NCBI GenBank assembly: GCA_964187785.1
Contig: OZ076409.1
Coordinates: 41,356,001 to 41,420,000, forward strand
Length of the DNA stretch: 64,000 nt
From: Amphiscolops sp. MND2022
Lineage: Eukaryota
Direction of reading: 5' to 3'
The notes under the pieces are model-generated. The model saw nothing but the letters and a program-made list of their open reading frames with translations, had not been told where the DNA came from and did no database searches. Numbering within the stretch: position 1 is the first letter of the stretch; each line of letters opens with the position of its first letter. The position numbers and the translations under genes are program-made. Of this stretch, positions 1 through 12,691 are shown piece by piece.

Positions 1-1629
1 GAGCTCGCGCGCTTCATATATCAAAATTGCAGGATTTTGTCTATTTTTGGCTACTTTACTCCAGTGCTTATGCTTATGAGCAGTTCGTAGTTTGCTTCTG
101 ATGGGTTCCTTGACAGATGCTACTGAACTTTACACAGGTATGGAGCTGCACTTCAGTGCGTGTTGCCCAAACCGAGCCGAACTGTGAACAAAAAGTGTCA
201 AAAAAACAGCTTGTTTTCCTTTTAAACAGTGGTTTTTCCACTGAAAAGTTTTAGCGAAAAGAACTTTTAACTGTGCTGCAAACTGAAATTTTATTGCCGT
301 GGAAAAGATGTTTTGCTGAGAACCACGTGCGCTTTGGAACGTGAGCGCTCCGTAAAAGAAATTTTAGACGTCCAAAAACCCAAGTGTCTAGCAGGATCCT
401 ATTCAGACTTTTGCAGAAAACTCGTGCTAAAAGGTGGTGCTTTTTTGATTGATGTATGGAATCTTGGATTTGATCAATTTCAAGGTGCATTTTTGAGTAC
501 TGGTTTTCTAGCTCTCGAGCTAGCTCTGTTTCAACAGTTTCTGGACGATGCAGGTTCTCTGGATGGCTAGAAGCAAGACCTCATGGTTGCCCAATCAGCA
601 AGAGATGACAGTGCCACTGTACCGTTGCAACATCACCAGTTTGAGATCCCCGTGGATTGCACTCATGATGTGGCGATGTATTCAATGCCAGCTTCTCCGC
701 ATGACAGGGACGTCATGCATAAAGCCCGGGGAGTGATGTAACGGCAAGCTCTGGTACAGCAATATCAACCGATTTTGCAACTTTGACATGTTCAGAAATT
801 TTGTCAAAAATTCTAATTCGATGTGTGACGTGGCACTGAGCATGTGATTGCTCTTTTCGCTGTTTCTACGAAATTGGCAGGTACTTCGACAACAAAGAGC
901 AAGAACGAGCAAAAACACGGGCGCGCCGCCATGACAGAAGCCAGAGACAACAAGAACATCCGAATATAGACTCTTTTTGATGTGCTAACCCCGGTTTTTA
1001 TCGATTTTCAGCATTATGCTACCCTATGTAGCAGAAACCGGTAAAATGAGTCTTTTCGCTTAATTGTCCTTGTTTGGTGCTTGGAGCCCCTGCGCCCCAG
1101 CTTTTTAGCTGTGTGGTTTGCCATTCCGATGTGTGCTTTGATGTATTTTTGCTGGATTTAGCCGTTTGAACTAGCGCCAGCGCTGGTTTGTGCAATTTTA
1201 GATCCTATTCCCCATTTTAGATATTTTTCCGATATCAGGTGGAAGATGGAAATTTACACTGTTTATTCTTGGCATTGTTTTTAACGGCTGTCTAAACAGT
1301 GGTCCCAGGCGAAGGGCCGAGACGGATGCCCGTTATTCTCAGCAGTTGCAGACTGGGACCAGGCCAGAGAGCGTCCTACAAGACGGTTCCCCCACCTTGG
1401 GACTGGCTCCTTCGGAGGGAAATGAGCTAGGGCGGCGGAGATCTTGGTCCCAGATTATATTCGCTGTTCTAGTTCCTCCACCCTAAGTTGCGGTTCAAGC
1501 GCCAGCGCTTATCGTTACAAGCCTTTATTGTAAAGTGCTAGTGCGAGTGGAAAGATAGACGTTTCGCTTCATCATATCGATGATACATCGCCCGATTCTT
1601 TGTGTTGTAGTTTTGAGTTTGGTTTTTAA

Positions 1630-3740
1630 ATACGTTTCGTGAGAAAATAACAGTCACCATGACGATGTGCTCGTATCCCGCTGAACATGGCTGGTTGGGT
1701 TGTGTCGATTTCGAGGATATCTTCAGGTCCCATCGAAAGTTCGGTACTGCTGATCATTCTGAGTCCGATCTGTTCCCCTGTGTTTGATGCATTCTTGACA
1801 GGGTATCACCCAGTGTTTGATGCTTCAAGCAAGACTGGGGTAGTGGTATTTTTTACTGCATTCTGAATCAGTTTTGTATTACATGGATGCTTCTTCATTG
1901 TTCCGTTGAATGTTTGTATTAATTCCGTCAGCAGTTGTTCTGGTAGGACTACCTGGAATTGGATTATTTGCTCGTTTTTGTGATGAATTTTGCGCAAAAG
2001 TTTGATGTCTTTTAAAATTGGTTCTTCTTTGTGGCTGCCTAACCTCTTTTTTCATGGATCTCTTCTCAGAGGATCTTTGTCATATTCTTCGTGTAGTTGA
2101 CGTCACTTAAATGCGACAAGACTTCTGAATCGGCGCCAAAGGCTTTCGGACGTATTGGCTGAGATTGTATTTGAGTCGATAATTGTTGCTTGTTTTGTTT
2201 GAACTCCTTCTTGGGTTGTTTTTATTTGTGCATTGGCACATTCGATTTTGAATGGTGATTGGGGTATTCTTTGACGCTCATTTCCGGGTTTTTTTGTTTC
2301 ATTCAGGTTGAATTGGACGCATGGTATTGCGTTTATTGGTATTTTCCAAAGTCTAAGGATAGGTATTGTATCTTCTCCGGGCATTGAGAAGGATCGATGA
2401 TGTTAGAGGTATGTAGTTGTTGTATCCCTTGAGTGTAATGGCTTCCTTGATTAAGTTCATGAATGACGGAAAAATTGTCTGTTTGGGACGTATCAATGGT
2501 TTCGTGAAAAGAGTTATCGGGATCATAAGTATTTGCATTCCTGGTTGTTTCTTGTAATGTTTGTGGATCAAGTGTTTCGTTTTCGGGGGACTGTCGACGA
2601 GAACTTCGACAAATTGCTCTTTGTTTCAATGATGCCTGTCCTGCTCCAGAAGTCACATTTGAGGATTTGTCGTTGACGTGTGTAGGTTCGTTTACGCATT
2701 ATGCTAGTGGGTGTTTTGTTGTTATGTAGCCTTGTTCAGATTCATTTATCCACTGCGGATGTTTTTTGATTTGTACTTTTTAAGTTGTTGTTTGGATGAC
2801 GGCGAGTTTTATGTCGATTCTGCCAGGCTTGTTAGGTGATCTTTGATTGTTTATTCCTTCGCGGCTAAAGGTTCCCAGAATCGTAGGCCCAGCGTTTTAA
2901 AGTTTTTTAGTGGTTTTCTGTATCGTTCATGTCGGTGGCATTGTTCGTCTCCTATTCCTGGTTGAAGCGTCGTTTAGGCCGTATATCAATAACTACGTTC
3001 GCACTGTTTCTGCTGTCTTTGGTTTTGAGTTTTTTTGCACGTTTCACTTTTTCTTCTAAGCGGTCCGGTGGCGTTAGACTGTTTTATTTCAGTAATTCTT
3101 GATATTTGCCTCGCTTCAACTTGGGCTATGTAGTGTCCAATCTTGCTGCAGTCGAAATAGTATCATCTTCTGGATTTATTTTCTCTAGTTTCGATTGGGG
3201 TGGGTCTATTTAGTTCAGAAGGACCAGGATAACTTCATCCGGCGCTCCTGAGCTATTAAATCGTCTTTGCTTTTCTGAGTTGAGGACGATTTCGTTGTAT
3301 GGTTTGTCCTCAAAATTCGCTCGGCTTGGTCTCTTGTTCACGTGGTCTGTCTTTTGTGGTCGGTTTCATCGTGATTACCAAAAAGGTGATCAATGATTAC
3401 AAAAAGTTAGTTTTGAGTGAATTTCGTTTGATCTCTTTTGGTTGTTTTCAATCTAATAAATCGCGCCGTCATGGTTCATTTACGTTGTTGTTACCACTGC
3501 TGAAGTGTGAATGTGGGAAAAGGATTTCATTCACTGTTTTGGAAATTGTTCCGGCGCGGACTGTGGCAATGGTAGCTTGATTCCAAGAAACAAAGTATGA
3601 ACGTGTCAGGTCAACTCGGAGTTGAAAAAAAAAGTGTATTCCACGTACAAACAATGACTGGCTTTATTGGCCACGAAACAAATCTTCGCACCGTCAACAA
3701 AAAACGTCACTTGAACATGTTGACTTCTTCTTATACAAGC
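1630..3740 (-). mobile_element. Heavily decayed Gypsy remnant (LTR-like promoter end, gag-like region, integrase N-terminal fragment)
   Basis: The minus strand gives integrase-like VVLPEQLLTELIQTF..KKHP..TKLIQ (1806-1997) and PCSAGYEHIV..IFSR (~1640-1700). A TATA-like TATAAG (~3735) and AATAAA (~3665) lie upstream. Many stops and frameshifts. Confidence 0.55.
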
Positions 3741-3867
3741 TTAGTATTACGGTATTATGTTTAGCTTGTTTAGTTTTTTGTTTGATCTGAATAATACAGC
3801 TGCCTCATTCAAACTTGGTCCAGCTGCAATTTACATTTAGGTTTACACAATTCATTAGGGAAAATCT

Positions 3868-3887
3868 AGGTGACCCCGATGTGATTC
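3868..3887 (+). other. Primer binding site complementary to tRNA-Trp 3' end
   Basis: AGGTGACCCCGATGTGATTC versus expected TGGTGACCCCGACGTGATTC, directly after the LTR. Confidence 0.85.
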
Positions 3888-4559
3888 AAAATACCCACGC
3901 TGAAAACGAATGAACATTTCGAATTTGAAATCATCGTCTCCTAAATCTCTAAAATAAAAAAATGTATAAAAAAGAACGAAAAAAAGAGAGAGAGCCAGAA
4001 AAAAACACAGTAACGCAACAAGAAGTAAACAAAACAGTATCGAAACCCGAAGAGCGACACCAGAATGTCATTAAAATAAAACCAGAATTTTCGCCAGAAC
4101 TAAAATCCATACCCAAATATCCATACCACCGAAATGCAGTACACCATCGAATTTGGATCCTGAGACAACACTAAAAGTTTAACATCATTACAGCAAAACA
4201 ACTTTAACAACACTTCAACTTTATCTTCTTTAACATCATCCCAGAACCACAACACGCACCTGTAAACAGAGTAACCATGAAGTATCTCCATTCTACCGCA
4301 CAAACCCAACTGTTTGGTTTAAACAAATGTAATCACAGTTCATCTTACCTGGAATTACCAACGACACAAACAAATATCACCACAACCTCGCAGCAATCCC
4401 AGAAAACGTCGCAATCAACCTGCCAATGGAAATTGAAGCCCACACACATCGAACTGTCATTTCGCGCAAAATCACCTGCCGCACAGAGACACAAATAGCC
4501 CCACTCGTGTGCGCGGCAACCATTGGGGATCCCATATGCATCCGCCTTGCCGCCAAAAT

Positions 4560-7090
4560 CGACTCACAGTAAACTATTGTTTATCGCCGACAGTGGATCT
4601 ATGGTATCAATCATCAAATCAACGCTCGTCAACGCCGATTACACCACGCCGACAACAGTGAACCTCAAAGCAGAAAACGGAGACCGTATCAAAGTTCACG
4701 GAAAAATAACAACCATAATCACAACCGCCATACACTGCCTTCGACGTAACTACATTAACGACAACATTCTAATATTGGATTTCTTCACAGACAAAGACGT
4801 GGACATTAACTGTCGGAACATAATAGTAACCGACAACGTTACCAAATTCAATTCAACAGGAAACAATTTACCCGCACCACAAAGTCACAGCCCTGTTCTA
4901 GCCGTTTCTTTGGACCTGTCTCGCACACCCGATACGTCTTTCAGAAAGAAAACGGAACACCAATTATCAATTTTCGGAGACACAGACTTCATCACGCAAT
5001 GTACTCAGAATACCACGCATCGCATCGTCGTTTCGACTCAACCTAATTTTTGTACAGCTAGAAAACTTTGCCCTGAAAAGCTATCTGTCGCTAAATCATC
5101 TTTCGACAAAATGCAATGCTCAGGAATCATCCAACCATCGAAGAGCCCATACGCATCACCTTTGCATATGATACCGAAAAAGACCCCGGAGACCGTGCGG
5201 AGACTACCGCGCCCTCAACCAAATCACAGTTCGCGATTCGTACCCACTGCCACAACTTTCATTGTTCGCACTCCACGACAAACATGTTTTCAGCCAATTC
5301 GACTTAGTCAAAGCTTATCACCAAAGTCCAATGCGCACATATAGTTGAACCACTACAACAACTTCTCAACAAAGCCCAGCCGAAAACAAAACCCACCGCC
5401 GAACGATGAATTGACAACAACAACCAGCACCAACACCTTCCATCATTTCAGAAGATCTACGCAAAGCCTTTGCCACTTTGAAGACCGCACTCGCTAATTC
5501 AACACTTCTGTATCACCTCACAGCAAACTAAACGCTCTCCCACACTACAAATGCCTCTGATACAGCCGTGGCAGCCGCCTTACACGCAATAACAGACAAC
5601 AGTAGCTGTCCTAAAGCATTTTTCTCTCGCCGACCCACTGCCGCCGAAACAAATTACAGCACATTTGATGAGGAACTCCTCGCTATCTTCGCAGCAACAA
5701 AAAAGTCAAAAATCTGATGGAAGGGCGCCATACCGATAATTTCACAGACCACACAACAATAACCAGTTCATTTCAACGAAGCCAGAACAACACTTACAAC
5801 CCTCGACAGTCTCGACAATTTTCTCTAGTAGCAGAATACACTGTCGAAATTCAACATACCTCAGGATCAACAAATGTTGTAGCGGACTGCATTTCTCGAA
5901 CACCATTTGACGACATATCATTAACCGTAGCATCAACGTCAACAGTTTTCAAGAACACCTATGATCTAACAAGAATTGCCAGCCTTCGGGGCATTTCGTT
6001 TCAATAGCAATTGTTAGAACAATATCAAGATGGAACACAGATTATCAGCATCGGAACTCGACTCTCACTTGTGATAAAAGCATTCCTCCGCGACATTGTT
6101 TGCCCGAACAATGCCGTTATCCAATCTTCACCCAATTCGACAACTTTTGCCACAGCAACTGGAAATCAACGTCATCCTCGCCCGGTTCACGTGGCCAAAT
6201 GCCCAACGCACTATCAAAGAATGGTGCCACAACTACCTCACTTGCCAACAGATGAAAATCACTCGCCATGTACATCTTCCAACACGCCAAGTCAATGAAG
6301 CCATCCCCCGTTTTACCCACGTTCACATGGATTTTGTAGGACAACTACCTGCCATCAACCATTCGCCATTCCGATACTTCGTTACCTTCATCGACAGCAG
6401 CACAACTTGAATTGAAGCCCACCCAGTACAATCTATCACTGCCGAAGATGTTTGCCACGCTTTTCTTTTATCCGGGATTTTTCGCTCTGGAGTACCATTG
6501 TACATCACGACCGACCGTGGAACCCAACTTAAAAGTCATTTATTTGCACTACTTTCTCAAACTCTGGGTTTTTACAGACTCCGTACAAGTTCATATCAAC
6601 CACAGAGCGATGGAAAAGGTGAACGTTTTCATCGAACCCTGAAAGCAATGTTAATGTTTTCAAATACCGACTGGATAGCAGCACTATCCGTAGTTTTTTT
6701 CGGATTGAGGCGCAAAACGGACAGCAACCTCATTTCACCAACAGCAGCCACAACAGGACTAGATATTCTATACCCGCCAACAGTTGCAGAAGACTGCACC
6801 CATCACTCTCGCCTTCGTCAGAACACTTCGGGACAACCTCGAACAATTTGTTTTCACAAAAGATATCAGACAACATTCAACACAAAAACTTTAATCCCGC
6901 GTGAGCTCAACAACAATAAAATTGTTTGGTTGTGCGTCGACTGAGTAAAACAACCCTTGGAAGCATCTTGCACTGGACCGCACCAGCACATCAAAATCAA
7001 CAAAGTGACATCTACAGCAACAATCAAGAAAAGTAACGATCATTTCATCGTCAGCATTCAACGCCCCAAACTATGCACAATATCATGCAC
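4560..7090 (+). pseudogene. pol: pol pseudogene (protease, partial RT, RNase H, integrase)
   Basis: FIADSGSMVSII (protease); GIIQPSKSPYASPLHMIPKK (RT); NASDTAVAAAL / AFFSRR..AETNYSTFDEELLAI (RNase H); FTHVHMDFVG, TTDRGTQ, QSDGKGERFHRTLKAML (integrase). Frameshifted, with the RT core deleted. Confidence 0.9.
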
Positions 7091-7099
7091 AATTCATCA

Positions 7100-8808
7100 A
7101 AAAGATGAAACCGCATCACCTGAAGTGATCCACAGTACCCACAGAAGTTTCTTGCTATTGCCAACAACCATACAACAGGGAAATGATCAAATGTAGCAAG
7201 AACAACTGCAAAATTGCATGGTATACTTATGACTGCGTATCACTCACAAAGCATCCACTAACAACATTGTTTTGTTCAAGTTGCAGAACTTCTTCGACAA
7301 CTAAATGAGTAACCTCCGTTAGAACCCGCAGATACAAAACCGAATGCCAGCAGATGCAGACGACAGCAGAAACTTATTGAATTTTATTCCTTTAAAACGA
7401 ATATCTGTTAGAATTTCTTTGTACCTAGAAAAAACGCAGTTGTAAGCTAGTGTAAACTGACGATCACACAGCCTTACACGTGGACTCCCTCTTGGAGGAA
7501 GGAAGCCGTGTTGGTATTCGAGGAAGGGAACTTAGTGTTACGCTATTATGTAAGCTTGTTCAGCCTAGTTAGTTTTTGTTGATAAGAAGAAAACAGCTGC
7601 CTCCTTCAAACAGCTGCGATTTTCATTTAGGTTCCGACAATTCGTCAGGAAAATCCAAAGAAACCTAAAATTATTTGATGGATTTTCTATGATTTCACCC
7701 GGGTTGGCAATCGATCAAGTCACTGCCCGTCGCCACCATTGATAATTTTCAGTGATAAACTAAATTGCCTCCACTTGTGTCCACTGGTGTTCAACCGGTG
7801 GTTGATGGTGGGTTTCCAGCATGTGCAGACATCGAATTGAGATTTCCAGACAAACTGTCTTGGAAAATTCTGTGAGAAGCAACAGCTTGTTTAAAGTTCG
7901 TCGAATGGTTTGGATGTAGCTATGTTGTTCAAAAATTATCAACTCGCACATTCGATTGCGAAAAGATGAAACCGCATCACTTGAAGTAATACACAGTACC
8001 CGCAGAAGTTTCTTGCTATTGCCAACAACCATACAACAGGGAAATGATCAAATGTTGCAGGAACAACTGCAAAATTGCAAGGTATACTTATGACTGCGTA
8101 TCACTCACAAGGCATCCACTAACAACATTGTTTTGTTCAAGCTGCAGAACTTCTTCGACATTTAAATGAGTAACCATCGTTAGAACCCGCAGATACAAAA
8201 CCGAATGCCAGCAGATGCAGACGACAGCAGAAACTTATTGAACTTTATTCCTTTAAAACAAATATCTGTTAGAATTTTTTGTACCTAGAAAAAACGCAGT
8301 TGTAAGCTAGTGTAAACTGACGATCACACAGCCTTACACGTGGACTCCCTCTTGGAGGAAGGAAGCCGTGTTGGTATTCGAGGAAGGGAACTTAGTGTTA
8401 CTCTATTATGTAATCTTGTTCAGCTTGTTTAGTTTTTGTTGATAAGAATACAACAGCTGCCTCGTTCAAACTTGGTCACAGCTGCGATTTTCAGACAATT
8501 CGTCAGGAAAATCCAAAGAAACCTAAAATTATTTGTTGGATTTTCTATGATTTCACCCGGGTTGGCAATCGATCAAGTCACTGCCCGTCGCCACCGTTGA
8601 TAATATTCAGTGATAAACTAAATTGCCTCCACTTGTGTCCACTGGTGTTCAACCGGTGGTTGATGGTGGATTTCCAGCATGTGCAGACATCGAATCGAGA
8701 TTTCCAGACAAACTGTCTTGGAAAATTCTGTGAGAAGCAACAGCTTGTTTAAAGTTCGTCGAATGGTTTGGATGTAGCTATTTTGTTCAAAAATTATCAA
8801 CTCGCACA
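7100..8808 (+). repeat. Tandem duplication of ~850 bp (7100-7950 / 7961-8808) with a 10-bp filler
   Basis: Both copies start AAAAGATGAAACCGCATCAC and end ATCAACTCGCACA. The junction filler is TTCGATTGCG. Each unit holds the PPT, the 3' LTR and flanking exon-like DNA. Confidence 0.95.
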
Positions 8809-9519
8809 ACTTTTGAGAAGCTAGGCCAGTCTTATCGAACGCTTTTTAGATGTTCCAGAAGCGCAAGGACAAAAGGTATATTAGGACTGACATGACGTTT
8901 CGTCTTTAAGCGATTACTAACGAAACTTTTCTCATTATGTCGAGACTGATACGTTTCTGCTAGGCTACACCATACCAGTTTGCGCAGAACGTTTCGTCGT
9001 TTTATTCCGCGATCACAATTTCATTTATGTAGAAGGAGGAAAGTCGCCATCTTTGTAAATTTTTTCCAAATATTGCCAAATATCATTTTTACTATTCTTT
9101 TTAGATAGTGTAGTTACTTATCAGGTTACTTAGGTTTGTGGAATTTTACTCACAGTAGCGCAGTTGGTAGGAAATAAGTAATGAGTATATCTCACGTTCG
9201 CCATTTTTTTTTGCTTTTTTAAGAAGTATGGATGCGTTTCGAACCTCCTCTTTTCCACTTGTTGTGTGGCGAAACATATCTCGGTATTGTTTCAGTATAC
9301 TGAGTATTTCATTTTGAATCCGGATTGGCAAATTGTTTGGAAGATTCCTGGAGTCGTAGCTCTATATCTTTCCGACATATGACAGCTTCTGGAACCCTTC
9401 CGGTAGCTACGCCTCTTGGTTATAGGTTGAGTTTACATTGGAATGTTTGCTCGTTTTGTAACATTCTCACATCAAAGATCTTGCAAAGAATGAATTTTCA
9501 AAAAGTGAGGATCGTGTAA

Positions 9520-11202
9520 CCATTTCTCAACCAGGGAACCCTCTGTACCAAGAGTGGCGTTAAAGTTGAAGGAATTAGCCAGCAAAACCAAAACGAAACC
9601 AAAATAAACTTTTACCATCCTCTGACAATCGAAGGTTTTGAATTTTCGAAAGTTCTCATTTTGCTTGATAACAAAAACGATTTCTTCCAATTCGACGACA
9701 GTCATTTGTTCACTGCATGCACCAGAGCTTGCCTGAAGCTGCTAATCGTTACCAATGAATGCAAAGAGCAAGATGAAGACTGGTGGCAAAATTGTTTCGG
9801 AGATTTTGTAAGAAGTGAGGTGGGCAAAATTTTAGGAGGCGACGAAGAGGAAAAAACCTCAATTTCATTCGGTACAGAGCATCCATCTGTGTTGTTCGTG
9901 GGACGGATAAAAGATTTACTTGAATCTTTCAAATGCTGCAACACTGACCAAGAACATAAATACACCGGATTCCAATCGACAGTTTATGAATATGAAAAGG
10001 ATAACCGTAAGGTTTTACAAACTGATGATATATATCTGGAACAAGATTTGAAGAAGATGAAGGAAATGGGGGTGAAGAAAATCGTTTTTGTGACCGACAA
10101 CATTTGTGCCAATAAATGGCAACATTACTTCATGACTCTTAGCTACTGGTTCTGTTATGACTTCAACAGTCGGAATACGAACTATTTTCATATAAAAGAT
10201 TTATTGCAGAATGATAGTGAAACAAACTTCCAGATGAGTTTCCGGAAAGCGCTCCTTTGTCCAATTTCAGGCCAGGTTGACGTCGAGTTTCCTCGTTTCT
10301 GGCTAAAGTTCGAGATGAATTCTTCGCCTTCTTCTGCACTGCTCAGTTGGGAAAAATGGATAGCGAAAGCGGAAAAGTGTCATGAACAAGATTATATTAC
10401 ACAAGCAATTTTCATTTACGAGTGTGGAATTGAAACTTTACTCCAGCAAATCACGTCGAACGAATCAGAAAGCCTCCTTAAAAAGAAACTTGCTGATTTA
10501 TCACTTTTAGTTGCCGATACTTACATCGATAAATTGAATATCATCGTTGAAGAAAGCAAATGTTCTTACTGGGTCCCAACCACCCAATATGAAGTATGCT
10601 TGCTGAAAGCTTTCAGACATGCTGTCAATGCACTCAAATGGCATGCCTCAGATCTCAATTTGAAGTTTAATTCAGTAGAACGAATTTTTCAAGAGATGGA
10701 AAAGTACCCAACATCAGAACTGTTTAAACGAGAAGTTAAACAAATGAACAAAGACGACACTTCAGGAATGATTTTCGAAACCAGACTGAGACATGAATCG
10801 CCTCAAATTCCGATGCAATTATTTCCTGATTTCGAAGAAGGCCTTCGCAGGCTAGAACTACTTATCTGTAACTACGAGAAAAGAAGCTTCGGGAGTACCG
10901 ACATGAACCCCACGAGAGAGAGTATTTCAGAATTGGCCCGAAATTTAGTGGTGGAAAAGGTTTGCTCTTTATCTGAAGTGGAGCCAGGTGATGATGCGTT
11001 TCAAGCGGCAATAAGCAAGATGATGGTGCAACTTGATTATCCTGTGCAACTAGCTATGATAGCACTTCATTGGGATCACAAACTGGAAGACAATTTGAAA
11101 CTTCTATCTCATGAATTGTACAATTTGAAAAAAAGTTTCGAATTAGTCAAAAGCAAACAACCAGTGTCACGCACTGGATCAAATGAAACGTTAACCCTTT
11201 GA
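9520..11202 (+). CDS. C-terminal part of an SF1 (UvrD-like) helicase/NTPase protein with a helical, TPR-like tail; upstream part disrupted
   Basis: The frame is open from 9520. HPLTIEGFEFSKVLIL and SHLFTACTRACLKLLIV resemble SF1 motifs V and VI. An in-frame TAA at 9517-9519 separates it from the upstream ORF 9325-9519, and an exon-like stretch at ~8612-8875 carries a TGA. Probably a pseudogene or 5'-truncated gene. Confidence 0.7.
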   Translation, partial: PFLNQGTLCTKSGVKVEGISQQNQNETKINFYHPLTIEGFEFSKVLILLDNKNDFFQFDDSHLFTACTRACLKLLIVTNECKEQDEDWWQNCFGDFVRSEVGKILGGDEEEKTSISFGTEHPSVLFVGRIKDLLESFKCCNTDQEHKYTGFQSTVYEYEKDNRKVLQTDDIYLEQDLKKMKEMGVKKIVFVTDNICANKWQHYFMTLSYWFCYDFNSRNTNYFHIKDLLQNDSETNFQMSFRKALLCPISGQVDVEFPRFWLKFEMNSSPSSALLSWEKWIAKAEKCHEQDYITQAIFIYECGIETLLQQITSNESESLLKKKLADLSLLVADTYIDKLNIIVEESKCSYWVPTTQYEVCLLKAFRHAVNALKWHASDLNLKFNSVERIFQEMEKYPTSELFKREVKQMNKDDTSGMIFETRLRHESPQIPMQLFPDFEEGLRRLELLICNYEKRSFGSTDMNPTRESISELARNLVVEKVCSLSEVEPGDDAFQAAISKMMVQLDYPVQLAMIALHWDHKLEDNLKLLSHELYNLKKSFELVKSKQPVSRTGSNETLTL

Positions 11203-12316
11203 AAACACTCAACATGTAAATATAGTTAACTTACGACAATTTTATAGCTTCTGGGTAGGGGGAATTCTGCCTTCGGAAAATCAACGGAATCCTCTTGGAA
11301 ATGTTCAGAAAAAAAACATTCTTTGAAGCATAACTTGACACATTAGCTCCTGATGGTAAAAATTTCTTTGCATTCCCTTCGAACACTTTAACCAAGTGCA
11401 AAAGAAACATTTCAAAAAATACATCAACAAAGTAAAAGCCCTCTAATTTTTAGCTATTTAACTCCGAAGAAACTCTTATTTCTTATGGGAGTTGGGTTTT
11501 TAAAGGTTCAAGTTACGCTTCATTTGGGATCTGGTTTGTATTTGTATATACTATGACTTCTGAAAATTATTTATCACTGAATAGGTATTTATCAGCTAAT
11601 AAACTAGAATCATCTCTTGATAATTTTTCATCAGTCCGATAGAAAACTTTTAGGAAGGGTATTAGGAAAGAAAATTTCAATCTGAGAAATAGTACAATGC
11701 AGTGCTAACTACCACTTGGAAATATCAATTTGCAGATTATTAAATATGTTCCAGGTCCCGTGATCAAACCTTCCGTTCATGATAGAGACAATTGTCGAAC
11801 AGAACATCAAAAATTTCAAAAAGTCAATCCTCTAAATCTTTGGCACGAATGGAAGTGTCTACAATGCAGAGCAATCTCTAATTCATGCCAAGCAAAACTG
11901 CTCTGATTGGAAGTCACGTTGATGAAAAGTTTGAAACCAATTGAATCAATGACGTTATCACCATTTTTTAAACAAAAAGGTAAAACAAAAAGTTATTAGA
12001 AGAACACTCGAATGGGGTAGTAACAAGCAGGAAACAAATGATACATCGTTTTCGGTGAGAGTTTAATTAACCCAAATCTCTTGAGTAGCTTGAAGTAGTT
12101 ACCTATTGTTACTTCACAGTAGGCAGCTCGTTTCGACATTCGCATTTTTCTTGATTGCTTTTCCAAACGGGTAACGAAATTTGGAACTCCATTAGTGTTA
12201 TCGATTTTAATTAATTGCTAGAAGAGTGTTACTATACAACAGAGCAAAAACGAATAACGTTTCATCAATGTCAGCAACTTCCACAGCAAATTGAGCACGT
12301 TGGATGGAAAAATACA

Positions 12317-12691
12317 AACAAGCCGGGAACGGCCCAAGTCTGCGCCATATCTAAGGCTCAAAAAAACTCGAAAACCACTTTTTCTGCAACTGGAGACAAC
12401 AAAAGCTCTCGAAAAACTAAAAATTGAGAAAAAATTCCGATTTCGTTTGAATTTTTTTTCGAAGTTTCCGGTAAGTGGCATAGTGCCGAAAAATGTAAAA
12501 GGGGGGACGCTTTTTATCTCATGTTAGACGCTTTGGATGCGTTAAAAATGAAGTACTAAGTACATATGGTAAAAATTGGTAAATGTGCATTAATTGCCTT
12601 AATGCCCAAAAAGTGGACGTTCGCGTTGAACTGCCGAAAAAAACTAGCCACTGTAAGAGTCGGGATTTTCTTCGAAAACGCCGACTAAAAA
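12317..12691 (+). mobile_element. Short non-autonomous interspersed repeat, Helentron/HINE-like
   Basis: Shares 5' GCCCAAGTC.GCGCCATATCTAAGG and 3' ...AAAACGCCGACTAAAA with the copy at 52930-53413. It has a subterminal inverted repeat and a 3' hairpin. Confidence 0.55.

Larger units (their letters stand above)
3740..7657 (+). mobile_element. Decayed Gypsy element, CsRn1/Kabuki-like, with short LTRs
   Basis: 5' LTR remnant 3740-3867 matches 3' LTR 7509-7657 (TG...CA). tRNA-Trp PBS, PPT GGAGGAAGGAAG at 7494-7505, and domain order PR-RT-RH-IN. A Trp PBS is characteristic of the CsRn1 clade. Confidence 0.88.

Noticed and set aside
1..930. Cluster of short ORFs, possibly a decayed minus-strand gene
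   Set aside because: No recognisable motif and many stops; cannot be assigned.
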